Positions 14,681 through 28,789 of a DNA stretch of 64,000 nucleotides are shown here, piece by piece (positions within the stretch are counted from its first letter, which is position 1; each line of letters begins with the position of its first letter). Source of the stretch: Octopus vulgaris (Eukaryota); NCBI GenBank assembly GCA_951406725.2, contig OX597825.1:46562001-46626000 (forward strand), given 5' to 3'. The notes beneath the pieces are model-generated. The model had not been told where the DNA came from. It did no database searches and saw only the letters and a program-made list of their open reading frames with translations. The translations under genes and the position numbers were made by a program.

Positions 14681-14754
14681 TATGTATATGTGTGTATGTA
14701 TGTGTATATATATGTATATGTATATGTATATATATATATATGTATATATAGCCC

Positions 14755-14965
14755 TGTCTGGCACTTGTGCAGGTGGCACGTAAAAAGCACCCACTACACT
14801 CACGGAGTGGTTGGCGTTAGGAAGGGCATTCAGCCGTAGAAACACTGCCAGATCTGACTGGGCCTTATGAAGTCTTCCAGCTTCACAGACCCCAGTTGAA
14901 CCGTCCAACCCATGCTAGCATGGAAAGCGGACGCTAAATGATGATGATGATGATGATGATGATAT
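14755..14965 (+). mobile_element. SINE with RTE-type tail, 3' part
   Basis: GGCACGTAAAAAGCACCCACTACACTC...GTCCAACCCATGCTAGCATGGAAAGCGGACG...(GAT)n. Confidence 0.75.
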
Positions 14966-15039
14966 ATATATATATGATAAATGTGTTTATATATATATAT
15001 ATATATGATAAATGTGTTTATATATATATATATATATGT

Positions 15040-15250
15040 TTGTGTGTCTGTGTTTGTCTCCCCCACCATGCTTGACAACTGATGTTGGTGTGTTTACATC
15101 CCCATAACTTAGCCGTTCAGCAAAAGACACTGATAGAATAAGTACAAGGCTTACAAAGAGTAAGTTTTGGGGTCGATTTGTTTGACTAATGGTGGTGCTC
15201 CGGCATGGCTGCAGTTAGATGCCTGAAACAAGGAAAAGAATAAAAGAATA
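15040..15250 (+). mobile_element. tRNA-derived SINE, 3' half
   Basis: Matches the 3' halves of the copies at 30318 and 42906 (GATAGAATAAGTAC..GGTGGTGCTCC..GAAAC). Confidence 0.7.
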
Positions 15251-15258
15251 TATATATA

Positions 15259-15781
15259 CTAGCAGCTAAGCCCGGTTTCACCTAGTCGGTTTAGATGATG
15301 TGGCTGTAAAACCTGCTCTGTGTAAGCATTCAATTTGTTTGGGGATGCTTATGTAAAAAACAATTTTAGAATGACTATTTTCTGTCAAAACACTAAAAAT
15401 AACTGACCAACAAAAAAAAAACAACCAAGATTCAACCAAACCAAAAAATAAATCCAATGGCGGTGCCCCAGCATGGCCACAGCTCATAAGCTGAAACTAG
15501 AATCAATCAATCAATCATACTAATCGAACAAAGATGAACCATCCCACTTTCATTGCATGCGTACATGCACACACACAAACACACTCACACACGCATTCAC
15601 ATGCCCCCCCCCCCTTTACATGCACACACATATATTCACACAGATTTGAAACATTGATTTATTTTTTCAGCATACAATTTTCATCATCTCACTACCAAGT
15701 ATGACATCACCCCTTCCTTCCTTATTCATCTATCACCCCTTCCTTTCTCAATCATAAACACAAGAGTATTATTATAGTAGA
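15259..15781 (-). mobile_element. Non-autonomous Helitron-like element
   Basis: Minus strand starts A|TCTACTATAATAATA (15781) and ends with a degenerate GC hairpin then CTAG|T (15259-15262). Confidence 0.5.
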
Positions 15782-16259
15782 TTAGCTCAGTAACCATGGG
15801 AGCTATGAAAAAATACAAAGCCCAGCATCACCACCGGATCATTCTACACATCTGTGTAATTTTTCACTCAATTCGACCCAACTGTTTGACTGTGAATTCC
15901 AAGACAAGAAAGAATCGCCCATGTCAAATTTATATGTATAGATTACCTAAGGACATGTGTGTATGTTATCATTTGTGTGTGTGTGTCTAAATGTATATAT
16001 GTGCATGTGTGTACATGTGGATATATGTGTATATGTGTGTGTGTATATATATATATATACACACACACACATACATATCATCATCATCAAATATCCATTT
16101 CTCATGTTGGCATGGGTTGGACAGTTTGATAATGAGTTGAAGGACTGTATCATGCTCCAGTATCTGCTTTGGCCTGTTTCTATAGCTGGGTACTTTTCAT
16201 AACACCAACCACTTTACAGCATGTAGTGGGTGGCATTAGTGATGTTAACACAAAGCTTG

Positions 16260-16319
<60 letters not shown>

Positions 16320-17093
16320 TCAGCCATAGTGAATGGGGATAGAATTTGGTGGTCCAGTGCAGGCTAGGGGAAATTGATGTAACATGTGGGTGAAGAGAAC
16401 AATATTAATGAATGAGGAAAGTGGTATCTGGATAGGTGGAGCTGCAGTGGGACAGATGGGGTGCTGATATGAGGAGGAGATTGGATGAGGTGCCCATTTG
16501 TGCACATATGTAATATGTACACCCACAGTACTTCCAGAAGCTGGCCACACTGCAGTGGGTGGATCTTCTTGGGGATTACATTTCACCAGACACCCTAGTC
16601 CTTTGTCATCCTTTTCATGACACTCAGAGTCCTAAGTTCAGCCTTCACTATTTAATCCCATGTTTTCTTGGATCACCCTTGTCCACAAACTGCAGCCATT
16701 TTTAATGACTGGCACTTCTTTACACAGTGGTCTTCATTCCTTTACATCACATATCCATACCAGTGTAGTCTTCTTTCTTGTGCACTACGCCTCATTTCTC
16801 TTACACCCAGTTTTTTTCTCAGCACATTTATATTATGTTGTTTCTCCAACAAAGCATGCTTGCTTCATTCAACAAGGCATCCAACAAAGCTTGCTTACTT
16901 CGTTTTTTTCCAGTCTTCTCATATCCTCTGTGTTCAAGACCCATGTCTTACTATCTGCTGCATTTCAGTCCTACACAAGCATCACACACTCTATCTTTCA
17001 CTTTGTGGGAAGAGATCTTTGTTGTTCTTACTCTATACACATGGATATATATGTGTGTGTCTTTCTATGTAAGTATTTTTATAAGTATATATG

Positions 17094-17149
<56 letters not shown>

Positions 17150-17313
17150 ATGTATTTATTATCTTCAATGGCATGGTTTATCTAAAGCTCTCTTTGATGT
17201 CCCATTACCTGTGATTGCAATATTGTTTTATTTGTATTTGTATCATTATTAAATTTGTCTCCTAGGTTGTGATGTCACTGTTCTGTTGTCTAATGCTCCT
17301 TGCTAGTGTTTAA

Positions 17314-18399
17314 CCCTTTCGTTACCAAACCGCCCGAAACCGCCCGAAAAAAATTTTGGTTAATGTGACCAAACCGCCCAAAGCCGTCCGAATTTACCTA
17401 TTCATATTTAAATGAGAATATCAGAGCAAATCTCTTTAGTAAATTCGTGAAAATACGTATTATACTTCGTAAAGAGTTCAACTACAGTTTTGTACAACAA
17501 TCGAAGTGTAATTTTAATTCCGTGAATTTTGGGAGATTTATTTTCCGAAATTTGTTCCTATCGTGTTTTCAAAATTTGTAATTCTGACAAAAAATGGATA
17601 CGAATTTCATTATATCAAGCAGCGAGTCAGAATTCAAAGGATTTTCTACTGAAGACCTTCATAAATCTAACTCTATGACTGAAAAAAAAAGCATGTGGTA
17701 TTTGATAATGAATCTGATGTTTCATTTTCCGAAAGTGAAAACAGTGAATCCGAGAGCTCCGACAGCGATAAAGAAAATGAATTGGCACCTGAATGGAGTG
17801 AAAATTTAAAAACTGTTTCTTTCGGTGATTTTTCTGAAGAAACTGGACCAAGCCACAGACTTTCCCAGAAGAGTAAAGCCTTAGACTATTTCTTTTTACT
17901 TTTTCGAATGAGCCTATTTGAAATCATTACGGCGGAAACGAACCGTTACGCTAAATGTAAACAAAACGAAAGAAAGGATAGTTAGTGGTTTCCCATAACC
18001 TTAAATGAAATTAAGACTATTTTGCCATAAATATTATTATGGGTATCAGAAAGTTACCCAGAATAACAAATTCTATCGTAAAATTTTGTTGTATACCCAA
18101 TTGAATATTAGCTAATAACCCATTTTCTATAGCGATGTTTGAACAAAATTTTAATAATTTTATATTTTGTTGAATTTACCTGTATCTACCTGCAATTAGA
18201 GTCACTTTGTGACAAAAATTATAGTATAGAATTGGTTGAGAACATTTCATTAAATTATCTTCCAAAATTCACGTTAATATATTGATAAATAAAAAAGTTA
18301 TAGTTGTTTAATGAAACCAGACTAAATTTATGATTATGTTAGAAATTAATTGAAACACATAAGGGGTGTATTTTGGTCAGAAATATAGTAACGAAAGGG
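17314..18399 (+). mobile_element. Internally deleted piggyBac element
   Basis: TTAA|CCCTTTCGTTAC ... GTAACGAAAGGG TIRs. Carries a transposase N-terminal remnant (acidic tract, LDYFFLLF..IITAETNRYA..IIMGIRKLPR). Confidence 0.88.
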
Positions 18400-18871
18400 T
18401 TCTGAAATGCCAGCTGAATAATTTATTGCAATATATGTCATTAATAGGATTCTGCCTGATAAAGCACTGTGCATGTTGTTAGAACACTATTTGATTGACT
18501 CTATTTTAAATTAATCCCTGTTCTTAATTAGTAAGGTTATTTATGACATTTTCAAATACTTTTACTTGGAATTTGAAATGAAATTTTTGCAAATCAATTT
18601 TACCTGTTGAAATAGTCTGGTTATAAAAATCATATAATGTAATATGTTAATGAAAAAATAAATAACTATGCAATGGAAATGTGTGTAGTATAATTTGAAC
18701 AAGATCTCTACTCTATTCATATTCTTTTAGAAAAAAAAGGAGACAGATCATCATCATCATCATCATCATTTAACGTCCATCTTCCATGCATGCATGGGTA
18801 GGATGGCTGACAGGAACTGGTCAGGTAGAAAAACTTTCTTTAAATTTATAACTCTTTTGAATGTTTTACAG

Positions 18872-19030
18872 GTTGGTATTTTACCTCTGCAATTGGTGAG
18901 CAAAGAAAATTATGATTCTAAGTTACCATACTTTGCAGCATTCAAACGATTACTGACAGAAATTGCAAATGAGATGCAAGTACAATCAATAGTAAATAAA
19001 GTTATTGGTTTAGAACTACTTCTTTCACAA
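18872..19030 (+). CDS. M13 (neprilysin/ECE-like) metallopeptidase, exon a (VGILPLQLVSK...VNKVIGLELLLSQ)
   Basis: ttttacAG acceptor and GTAAGT donor, 159 nt, phase 0/0. Resembles the neprilysin LGLP...NKVMELEKEIA segment. Confidence 0.8.
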
Positions 19031-21574
19031 GTAAGTTACAAAAGCTTTTTACCATGACTAAGTTTCTCATCATAGACCTTTAATATGGATAATGAAATAG
19101 TTTTCTATTAGGCTCATTTGTTGATCTTTTATTTAAGTAATCAATTCAAAATTTGTTTCATTTAAACCACTAAACATGACTCATTTTCTCTTTTTGCATG
19201 ATATCAGAATATTCTCCACCTTATCATCATCATCGTTGTCATCATCATTAATATCAACATTATCATTAACCTCTTCATGACAACAACAGAACCTTTATGT
19301 ACTTGCTCAGCCTACAAAAAGGAGCAGCCAAATCTCCCTCAAATACCCTATATTTTTAAAAAATGGATGAACTTAGTGGAAAATGTAGTCCTGGGTGCGG
19401 AAAAGGATAAAATTGTCTCAGTTGTTGTGTCTTTGGTTAAAAGCATTATTTATTGATATTGCATGTTTTGACCAGTATGTCCACCTTACATGTAAACATA
19501 AGTTGATATTTCTCTTTTTTAATTATTTACTTAATTTGGAATGAGTAGAGCACATGGAGTTTGTAGGTTGTGCTGGACTGGTCAGAACAATGTAGTTGAT
19601 GTTTAGCAAGAACATTTTCCAGATAATACCTGTTGGGAAAACAGAGATTGAAAGGAAGATTGAAAGAGCCATAGTTCTTGGTATAGGAGAACTGAACAGA
19701 ATATTTAATGTGGGATTTAGGGGCTGTCATTTACAGCAGATGCTGAAGTTGCATTAGAAGAAAGAGAAAGAACATTGCATGTAAACTTTTCATACTACAG
19801 TATGCTGCATTTTTGTTCATCAGCCATTTGTTATATAGTCTAGAATGTTTCTATGTATAGTAGTTACAACATCTCATATATGTGAGAATTACACCAGCAA
19901 TAGATTAAAGTTAGGCTTTGTAGATTGTCAGCAACTGAATAAGGCTCACTTGAGAGAAATCTGTCTTTAGTATACACTTTTGTTAATGTTTTATTCCTGT
20001 GATTCTTAGGAAATGTCATCCTTAATGATATATATTGAAGCAAGTAGTAAGCATTTCTTTGTAGTGTTGAAAGTAATGAGGTTATCATAACCTCAGTAAA
20101 GAATGTTTTTAAGGTCTCATAGACACAATTGAATGAATAACAGTTGTATGTGGAAAATTAAAAAGGTGTTAAGGAAGGTAACATCTACATAGATATATGT
20201 ATTACTAGCAGTAAGAGCAATTATGTAATTTATGTACTGAAAGGAGGAGAGTTTCTGAGACACACACAAAACTTTAAAAATACAAGAGTTCAAAGAATGT
20301 AAATAGGAAAGAGCTCTGTCAAGACATACTACAGTGAAGTAGATACAAGAGACAAGTAATAAATGGATTTCTTAGGTGCACAAAAAAAGAAAAAGAATGT
20401 ATGAGAGATTCTCTCATATAGAAATAAAGGTGCACCAAAAAAAAAAAAAAAACACATGAGAGATTCTCTCATATTGAATCAAAATACCTGGTAGTAAACT
20501 AGGTCAGAATATATTTTATCCTTAAGTTCCATGAAGGATGTTTACATTAAGGGTTGCTAAATCAAAAATAATTTTAAAATATAAGACACACTGAATTTAT
20601 TTGTAAGAATGGAGATGTTGGTAGATTACTTTCACCAACAATGAAATCAGAATTTTTAATTATGTAAATCAATATGTAGATTTATAAGTAGGTAACCTTC
20701 TCCTAGATATATAATACAGTATTCCATATGTGAAGTGTTTACACACCAAGGATAATAATTGGTTGAAGTCCTGAGTGAGCTGATATATGAATCACCTAGG
20801 AAATAGGTAACAAATGGTAGAAACTAAGAAGTTCAGGACTGAAGGTAAAGAAATTATCAACGACAATTGGGTGGGGGTATAAATCGCTTATAGAGTATAA
20901 AGGCAAACTATTTGATACACTAATATTGTCCATATAAACTCTTAGTATTGCCAACCTAAATGATAATTAATTAAAAATTTTGTATAGGCCATATGCTTAG
21001 AGCCTGAACATTGCTTGAAACACTAGGCATGTTACTAAAACCCGCTTAGAAAACATTTCCAATGTATGAAACTATTAATAGCTCATAACTATATATATTA
21101 TAGTTTTGTTAAGCTATACATAAAACAATCAGAAACAAGAGTGTGTTGAAATATTGTTTATTCCACTTCAATCATTTATACTTTTAGGGAGAGTATGACT
21201 GGTCATTTAAACCCAGAGTCTTATTTACCGCTTGACCAGAAGTCCCACCTCTACATAACAGATTGATAGCTAGCCCGCAGTGAAGGTCCCTGTCTACAGT
21301 TTGTCTGTTATGAGTTCACAGACAATTCCCTGCAGCATTAAACAATATATATGTGGGTGAGTGTATATGTGTGGTCCCTGTTAGTGTATATGTTTTGATT
21401 CATGTGTATTATCTATAGTAATAGAGCAGTTTAGCTCTTATTTCTAGCAATGTAGATGTTTCCTAACACCCTAGTCACATTTAGTGACATTTGTAATTCT
21501 TTTTAGTGAAGCATTGTAAACTACTGTTTATATAAATTTTATATATATACATATATATATATATGCATGTATAT

Positions 21575-22160
21575 ATGACTAGTGACCGAGACCTTTGGAA
21601 ATATGCATTGCATGAGAAGACCCGGCAAGTCAAGTGACACCATAACCCGTGGCCTATGCCAGGGTTGTAACCAGCCCACTTATGTGTGTCTTTCCTTCAT
21701 TGGGCACTAAACTCTGCTTGCGAATACTTGTTGAGGCAAGTGAAATTGAAATCAAATCAAATTCGATGACTGGTACATGTGCCAGTGGAGCGCTAAGAGC
21801 ACCATCTGAGCATGATCATTGTCAGAGCAGCTGACTGGCTTCCGTACCGGTGGCACATGAAAAAAACATTGGAGCAAGGTCGTTGCCAGTGCCGCTGGAC
21901 TGGCTCCTGTGCAGGTGGCATGTAAAAAACACCATTTGAACGTAGCTGTTGCCAGTACCGCCTGACCAGCCCTTATGCCAGTGGCACGTAAAAGCACCCA
22001 CTACACTCTCAGAGTGGTTGGGCGTTAGGAAGGGCATCCAAGCTGTAGAAATTCTGCCAGATCAGATTGGAGCCTAGTGCAGCCATCTGGTTTGCCAGTC
22101 CTCTGTCAAATCGTCCAACCCATGCTAGCATGGAAAGCGGATGCTAAATGATGATGATGA
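21575..22160 (+). mobile_element. SINE / non-autonomous RTE-tailed retroelement, long copy
   Basis: Internal GGTGGCAC/ATGTAAAAA subrepeats. Ends GTCCAACCCATGCTAGCATGGAAAGCGG..(GAT)n. Confidence 0.75.
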
Positions 22161-22380
22161 TATACACATGAGAGGTATTGGTATCCAGAATACCCAAGAT
22201 GGCAGATAAGGCTATGTAAGTGCTACGAGAGGACTGTAATTAGACTCTCAGTTCGATAATAATATGAGTGAGGAGTCTAATGCAGGTCTTGTGTGAACAT
22301 GTATATTATATGTTAAATAAAATGAGACAACAGAGCCAAGGCTGCGTGTAATTTATAGGACATTTATAAAGAGAAAAGTA

Positions 22381-22428
22381 ATCTTACAGCTATTTCTGGG
22401 ATATTAGGGATATCCCTTCATCAGAGAT
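22381..22428 (-). ncRNA. Hammerhead ribozyme motif in a decayed Penelope-like element
   Basis: Minus strand reads AUCU-CUGAUGA-A-GGGAUAU cccua AUAUCCC-A-GAAA-UAGCUG-UA-AGAU. Confidence 0.7.
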
Positions 22429-24372
22429 GATATAAGAGTTAACTAAAGGGAAATAGTAGAGTACAATATAAGGAGTTATTTTGGAAAAGGATGGATATAG
22501 GAAGTATAAAGGGAAATAAGAGAATAAAAATAGAAATATATGTAGAATGTTATAGGTGCAGCGCCATTATCCAAGGAAAGTGTTGTGTAGAATGGGTAGA
22601 AATGTTTCTTGTCCATGGTATGTAGATTCCGATAGGAGTTCATATTTTGTTATTATAAGTGGATAATGTGGAAACATAAGTTCTATGTGCTATTCATTCA
22701 AAGGGGTCTTGTGGTGCAAATGAAATTTTGAGAATGTACTGGTAGGAGTAAGTAGATAGAGAGAAGAGAATAGATATGTATGTGTACTGGGATAGGTATA
22801 GCAAAAGATGCTGAGGTAGCAGATGAAATAGGTATGTAGATGACATCAAAGTAAAACAATGGGAAAGCATCAGATTATGGTTTAAATAATTTATTTAAAT
22901 GACACTTGCATATATGTGTTCTATACACAAGGAAATCCGCTACATGACATTACCAATTTCGAGTTGGTGCAGAAGAAAATAACAGGGTAAATACTGTATC
23001 GATATGATTAGGTAGAACCAGGGATGTTTTGTGTCTATGTGTGCGTTGGTCATTCAGTGGTGTCTGTTTATGTTCTGCGTCTGCTACCGTGCTGGGTCAT
23101 TCATGCTGAATATGTGGTCCTCTGTTGGCTGCTTAACGGTTGACATTTTGCTTTGTGATGGCTATCTGCTTCTGTCATATGTCTGACTGCATTTATAATG
23201 GTCATGACAGCTAGAAGGACTGGCATATCACAGGAGCAATTCCAACCTATGTAGGTTGCCTCCTGTCCACTTGAACCTTAAATGACATGGCTGAGGTCGT
23301 AGGTCAAAGGGAAAAACTATCCATCATTTTTTGATAGGACTAAGAAATTTCTTTTGCACCTGTTGGGCCAGTGGTGGATCAGATGAGTGAGAATCTTTAG
23401 ATTCGGTTTCGAACCTCAGCTTGGAAAAAGGAAGTGTTAGTTTTTACATATGTTAGGAGGAGAATGGTATTTGTCAAAAGGAATAGGGGAAGAAAGAAAG
23501 AAAGAGGAAGAAAAAATGAAAAAAGGAGTGCTAGATGGTGGTCAAGACTCCCCTTGTCAACAAAAATATTATTCTATGTTTATTAGATCTACTCCTCCTC
23601 GCCCAACTTTGAATCTATCATAACAGTCTCTAATAGACGCAAACTTTTTCTCTGTTAGCAAAACTTACACTGTAACAACTCTGAATACACAAGCGTCCAA
23701 CATATGCACAGCTCCAATATTGAACCCTATATTTTAGACTATAATAAAAACCCAACCAATCCTACTAACACTAAGGAGTCTTGAGTGTGTGGAATACACT
23801 TTGTTCTCTTATATTGTATATATGCACATAAATATTTGAATATTGTGGCAAAACGAATTTCCAAATCAATTAGGTACAACCCTTTAGCATTACATGCATC
23901 TGCATATCATGCAGTGGGGTCTTGATTATAAAATATTTATATATATTAATCTAGAAATATACAAAATATATAACAATAATTAACAATAATTCAGTTTTAG
24001 GGATTAATAAATATGTGGGTATTCTATTTCAGATTATGCAAAAGATAACATAACAAGTATATCTGGATGTAATCTCATGGTATCTATATGCACATCAAGA
24101 AATAGTACTCTAAGGATAAAACCAGTATACCAGCAAGGTATAAAATATACTTCCTTAATTATCTCCTACTTCAGTTAAAATCATTATGAAGGAACTACAC
24201 GTGTTTCAGTATTGGAAGATTATGGTATATATATATATATATATATATATAGATAGATATATATAAAGTTAATCTAAACAAGAAAACACAAAAAAACAAA
24301 AAACACAACAACGCGAGGACGTGGAACAAATAAAGTATTATTGGATGCTCAGGAAAGAAGGGAAGGAGGAGG

Positions 24373-24407
24373 GTTTAACGTTTCGAGCGGAGCTCTTCGT
24401 CGGAAAC
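24373..24407 (-). ncRNA. Minimal hammerhead-like motif (variant core CCGACGA)
   Basis: Minus strand reads GUUU-CCGACGA-AGAGC UCC GCUC-GAAA-CGUUA-AAC, within a short repeat inserted in (TA)n. Confidence 0.5.
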
Positions 24408-24488
24408 ATAGGAGAAGGAAAGATCCCGAGAAGGGAAGACAGAGGAAAAAATCGCCAGCGGTACTCACGAGGTCACACACACACACAT

Positions 24489-24532
<44 letters not shown>

Positions 24533-24682
24533 TTTGGGTATGGTAGATGAGTTCAGCAAAAATTTAAATTTAGATGAATATGGTACTTAAGTTGAGGCAC
24601 CAGAATTTAGTACAGTATTATCCATACAATTTCAAAGTAAGGTGATTAAAATCAAAATAAGCAACAAGGATATCTAGAGGTA

Positions 24683-24771
24683 ATGCAGTATGATCGTTTC
24701 ATGCAACTCCATTTAATTGAACAATGCAATCATTACATCAATTTAAAATGCAGACCAATCTTCAGCTGCAT
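24683..24771 (-). ncRNA. Hammerhead ribozyme motif (degenerate stem II)
   Basis: Minus strand reads AUGCAG-CUGAAGA...GAAA-CGAUCA-UA-CUGCAU, with a 6-bp stem I. Confidence 0.55.
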
Positions 24772-25299
24772 AAAGACATAGAATTTAATTAAATTAGAAC
24801 AAATGGACACATTAGTATAATTATTCCTAAAATCTCTGAGAAGTTAAGGAGATAGACAAAGAACATGCTGTTCTTACTCCAGTATAGAAGTTACTAAGCT
24901 TTTGAAGAAGATATACATTGTTACAGACTCTGCCTGTCACTGATATTTTTGTTTTTATGGGGTCAGTTTTAATTTATAGACTAGCATATCAAAACCCTTG
25001 TATACTTAAGGCTGAGAGAACAGAGGGCAGTATTTGTTAGGGGTAGAGCTGAGGGAGCAGTAAACATCAAAGTTGGTATGGTCATAAAAATCGAAATTTT
25101 TTAGAAACAATATCATGAGGTTTGGTAAAAGAAAACATAAAACAAGATGTTAGCTGACAATTAAGGGGGTCACCCACTAGCAGACCATTGATAATGAAAG
25201 ACCATTGATAATGAAAGACCATTGATAATGTTGCTATATTGTGAAATATACAGTTAAAGCTTAGTTACAGTTAAAGTATACAGTTAAAGTTTAGGATTA

Positions 25300-26530
25300 T
25301 TCAGAGGATTATTAAGAAGAATATTATAACAAAAAGATAGAAATTTATGAATACTTTTACCACAATAGAGGGAGGAAAAGAAATTATCCAGAAATAGTTT
25401 AATATTTATACATATTGTACACTTAAATACTAACTCATCAGATAGTATCTGTGAATATTGATTAATTGGTATATACTGGTATTAATAAAGGAGTATTGAG
25501 GTAAAGGAACATGCTAATTATATATTAATAAAATTATAATCTAAGTGGTTTTTTTATAAGTAGTGAATATACCAGTATAGTTTTATATAAGCTAAGTATG
25601 AATTTATAGAGATACAAAAATTAGATTAATTTTATAGATAAATAAAGGCTAATTATAAAATAATAAAGAAATAAAATAAAATAATCAAGTAGGGCAGAAC
25701 ACCAGAGAAAAAGAAATAAAATAGTTTAATTACTAATACTATGGTAAAGTATATGTAGCTTATTAACACCAATAGAGAAGATTTTTAGAAAAAGTATAAT
25801 TCAAAATATATCTTAGACTAAAAAATTATATATTTACTTTATTTAGCTAATATCAATAAAAGACTGATGTCTAGTATCAGCTAAAGGAATATTTAAGTTA
25901 TGGAACAATCATATTTTGCACTATTCATTTTTTAAAAAAAACTAAGGGTTACATTGTAGGTTTAAGAAGTTATTATTGTTACTCCCTACATGATATTTAT
26001 AGCTTCTTAGTGGTACTTGTTTAGAAGGGTTATTTACATAAAGGGCCTTATAAATACTAAGATCAGGAGGGTAGAGCCATTTAAGAAAGAAATAAATCAA
26101 GTAATTTCTAAAGATCATTTCAAACAATATTGTCTTATTGTATAAAGTTAAAATTCAGGGTAATCAAGAAGATTATTAAGAATGAAATTTTAACAAAAAG
26201 ATAAAACTTCTTTGAATATTTTGAGTATATACCAAGTTTTTACCACAATAGAGGGAGGAAAAGAAAATTGCAAAGAAATAGTTTAATATTTATTTACTTA
26301 TTACTTATCTAAATATTAACTTATATGGTTTCTATGGAGATTGATCAAATTGGATTTAACCAGTATTTAATGAGGGAGCAACTGAGGTTAAAGAACATGT
26401 CAACTATATACAGGTTTAATTAAATTGAACTATTTTAAGTTGCCAAGATACCAGTATTGCCTTATATAAGCTGAGTATGAATTAATAGGGGTACAAGGAT
26501 TAGATTTATTTAAGTCTACTATAAAATAAT
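25300..26530. repeat. Diverged AT-rich direct repeat pair (~25300-25660 and ~26165-26530)
   Basis: Shared TTTTACCACAATAGAGGGAGGAAAAGAAA..GAAATAGTTTAATATTT..TATATAAGCT(A/G)AGTATGAATT blocks. Probably old Penelope pseudo-LTRs. Confidence 0.6.
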
Positions 26531-26544
26531 AATAATAACAATGC

Positions 26545-27018
26545 AGCCATGTATATGGTCTTCCAGTTACAACCCTCTTCAGATAGGGATTGACCACAGT
26601 TTCCAGCAACTTCACATAACAACCTGAATTGAGCCTGAGGCTCTGTTCAAAGTTCTGGGAATGAATTCCAGTGAATGGACATAGTCAGAACACCTGCTGT
26701 GTCCTTTCTTGCTGGCCATGGACCTGCAGTCTCAATTACAGCTGTTTATGTTATGTATTACAGCCTTAACAGCTTTCACAGAGCATTAAGCAACAGTCAA
26801 TAATGTGGGCATTTTGATACTTGGTGCAAATCACCATGATGCAGGTAACACTTTTCCAATATTCAGATGGCTTCCAGTCTTCCATATCAGCTAACCTTTT
26901 CTCAACTACAATTTTAACCTTTATGCTCACCAGTACCTTGACTGTTCACCAATACATCAAGCTGTTCCTTAAAAAGGGAGTTATAAAATTCATCAAATTT
27001 TGTCCAAACACCCTGTAT
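26545..27018 (-). mobile_element. maT (DD37D-type) Tc1/mariner remnant
   Basis: KLLETVVNPYLKRV..GRPYTW resembles the 58633-59885 element. TIR-like CACCCTG|TA at ~27010. Confidence 0.5.
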
Positions 27019-28239
27019 ATATTCGCTAAGTTAGTCTGAAACAATATTATTTTACCACTGTCCTAGGAAAATGCTGAAAACTGACTACTAAAAATGGCTG
27101 TCAAAAGCAATCATTTACTGTGACTATATATTCAACTGAATGGAAAAGGAATCGAGTACAATATTATATCAGTGGCTTGCAGGTATTACTTTGGTCAGTT
27201 CTGGTTTGCTGAGTTTCAAATCTTGATGTGGAAATGTCAAATCACTAAATCTGTTAGTTGCATACAGGTAGCCATTGTAGTTGTTGGGTCAAGTTGGCAT
27301 TGTAGTATTATCATTTGCAAAAGTTCTTTTTTTTTCTTCTTTTCTTCATCAGATTTTCATTTCAGGTTTATGAAAAATGTCAGCTCAGCAGCTTAGTAGT
27401 TTGTGAATTTAGACATATCAGGTTATCAACTTAGCACACTAGGTAGGTTGCCTGTGAAGAACATGACAACACTAAAATTGCAGATTAATAAATACTTTAT
27501 TAATCTGCATCATTTATATTTACATGTGCACATCCAATAAATCAATGGAACAAACAAAACTATTATGAATCTTCTGTGCTACAACTTGATAGTAAGATTA
27601 TAAAGTAGTGCAAGGAATTTAAATCACTACATATAATAAATGTGCATTATTTGACACTACAAATTAAGGTTTGAGCTTTTTGTCAAGTATGACATAAACA
27701 TTAGAAAAGTGAAAGACAAGGAAAGAGTAATGTACTGAGGTAAGGACATAGATTCCCTTAGGCAGCTTGTGGCTCCAGCCTGAGGTTGAATTTGTCAGTT
27801 TTTATAGTTGTAAGCCACTTTCTACAATCTTTGGCACACTTCCTTTGAAGTTTGCAGTGTCACCCAGCATGGCATATTTACATAAGTATTAATATCTTTG
27901 ATGACAACATTTTTTTCCTTTTATGAAGTTACATTAGTACTAGGTTAGCAAGTTAAGGTTCTGGATTGGTAAAATCTAAGAGCTATGGTTCAAAACTTAG
28001 TAAGGCCCCTACAACACAACAAATGTTTGAGAAGAGACTTGAATTGTTTAATAATTAAAATTATTGAGTTATAGAGATGTGTTTTAAGAAGAATTCAGGA
28101 TGACAGGGTTCTTCTATATGACAATTTTCTTTTTCTTAGTAATGCACAGTAATACTTTACATTATTTACTTTTCATTATTTTCTCACAAAGATCATTTAC
28201 TAATTATGAAATTTGATTTACAATTATTTCTGTGCTTAG

Positions 28240-28317
28240 ATCACTCCAAGTGTTCCAACAGATGTACAGCAGAAATATAACCCAATACCAATAAGTGAAC
28301 TTGAAGAATATTCTCAG
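28240..28317 (+). CDS. M13 metallopeptidase, exon b (ITPSVPTDVQQKYNPIPISELEEYSQ)
   Basis: AG/GT boundaries, 78 nt, phase 0/0. Corresponds to the neprilysin LYNKMTLAQ segment. Confidence 0.75.
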
Positions 28318-28789
28318 GTATTAAAAGGTTTTCACTCTCTGTACACAAATATTTGAGAATAACAAAGATTGGTGTGTATCTAGTGTTTACATGTTGCTAA
28401 TATATTCCAGAAAGATTCATGAAGACTGAACAAGGCAGGCTATTAATATACAAAGAAGCACAAGTGAAAAACATTGCTTGAAACACGACAAATGAAACAG
28501 AAGTGCACATTCATATAGTGCAATAGTTTTTTTTTCTATGCAGTCAGCTGGTGTATACTTAACATATTTTGTCTACTTTACAACAAAAGCAAACAAGTGC
28601 AAAGGACAGGCTAAGACTAGTACAGTAGTAATGCTATTTTTGCATACTGGAAGAAAATTAATCTTCTACCAAGATCACATGCAAATAAAATTCACTGATT
28701 CACTATATCGACCAGACTGTCAGATGTTGTTAGACATCACTGGTCACAATGCATTTCCAATTCTTTCTTTTCCCTCTTGGCCCATATTG

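Noticed and set aside
17265-17310. Possible upstream peptidase exon after an acceptor-like CTCCTAG
   Set aside because: An early in-frame stop, no M13 similarity and no donor. No upstream exon could be supported in 1-18871.
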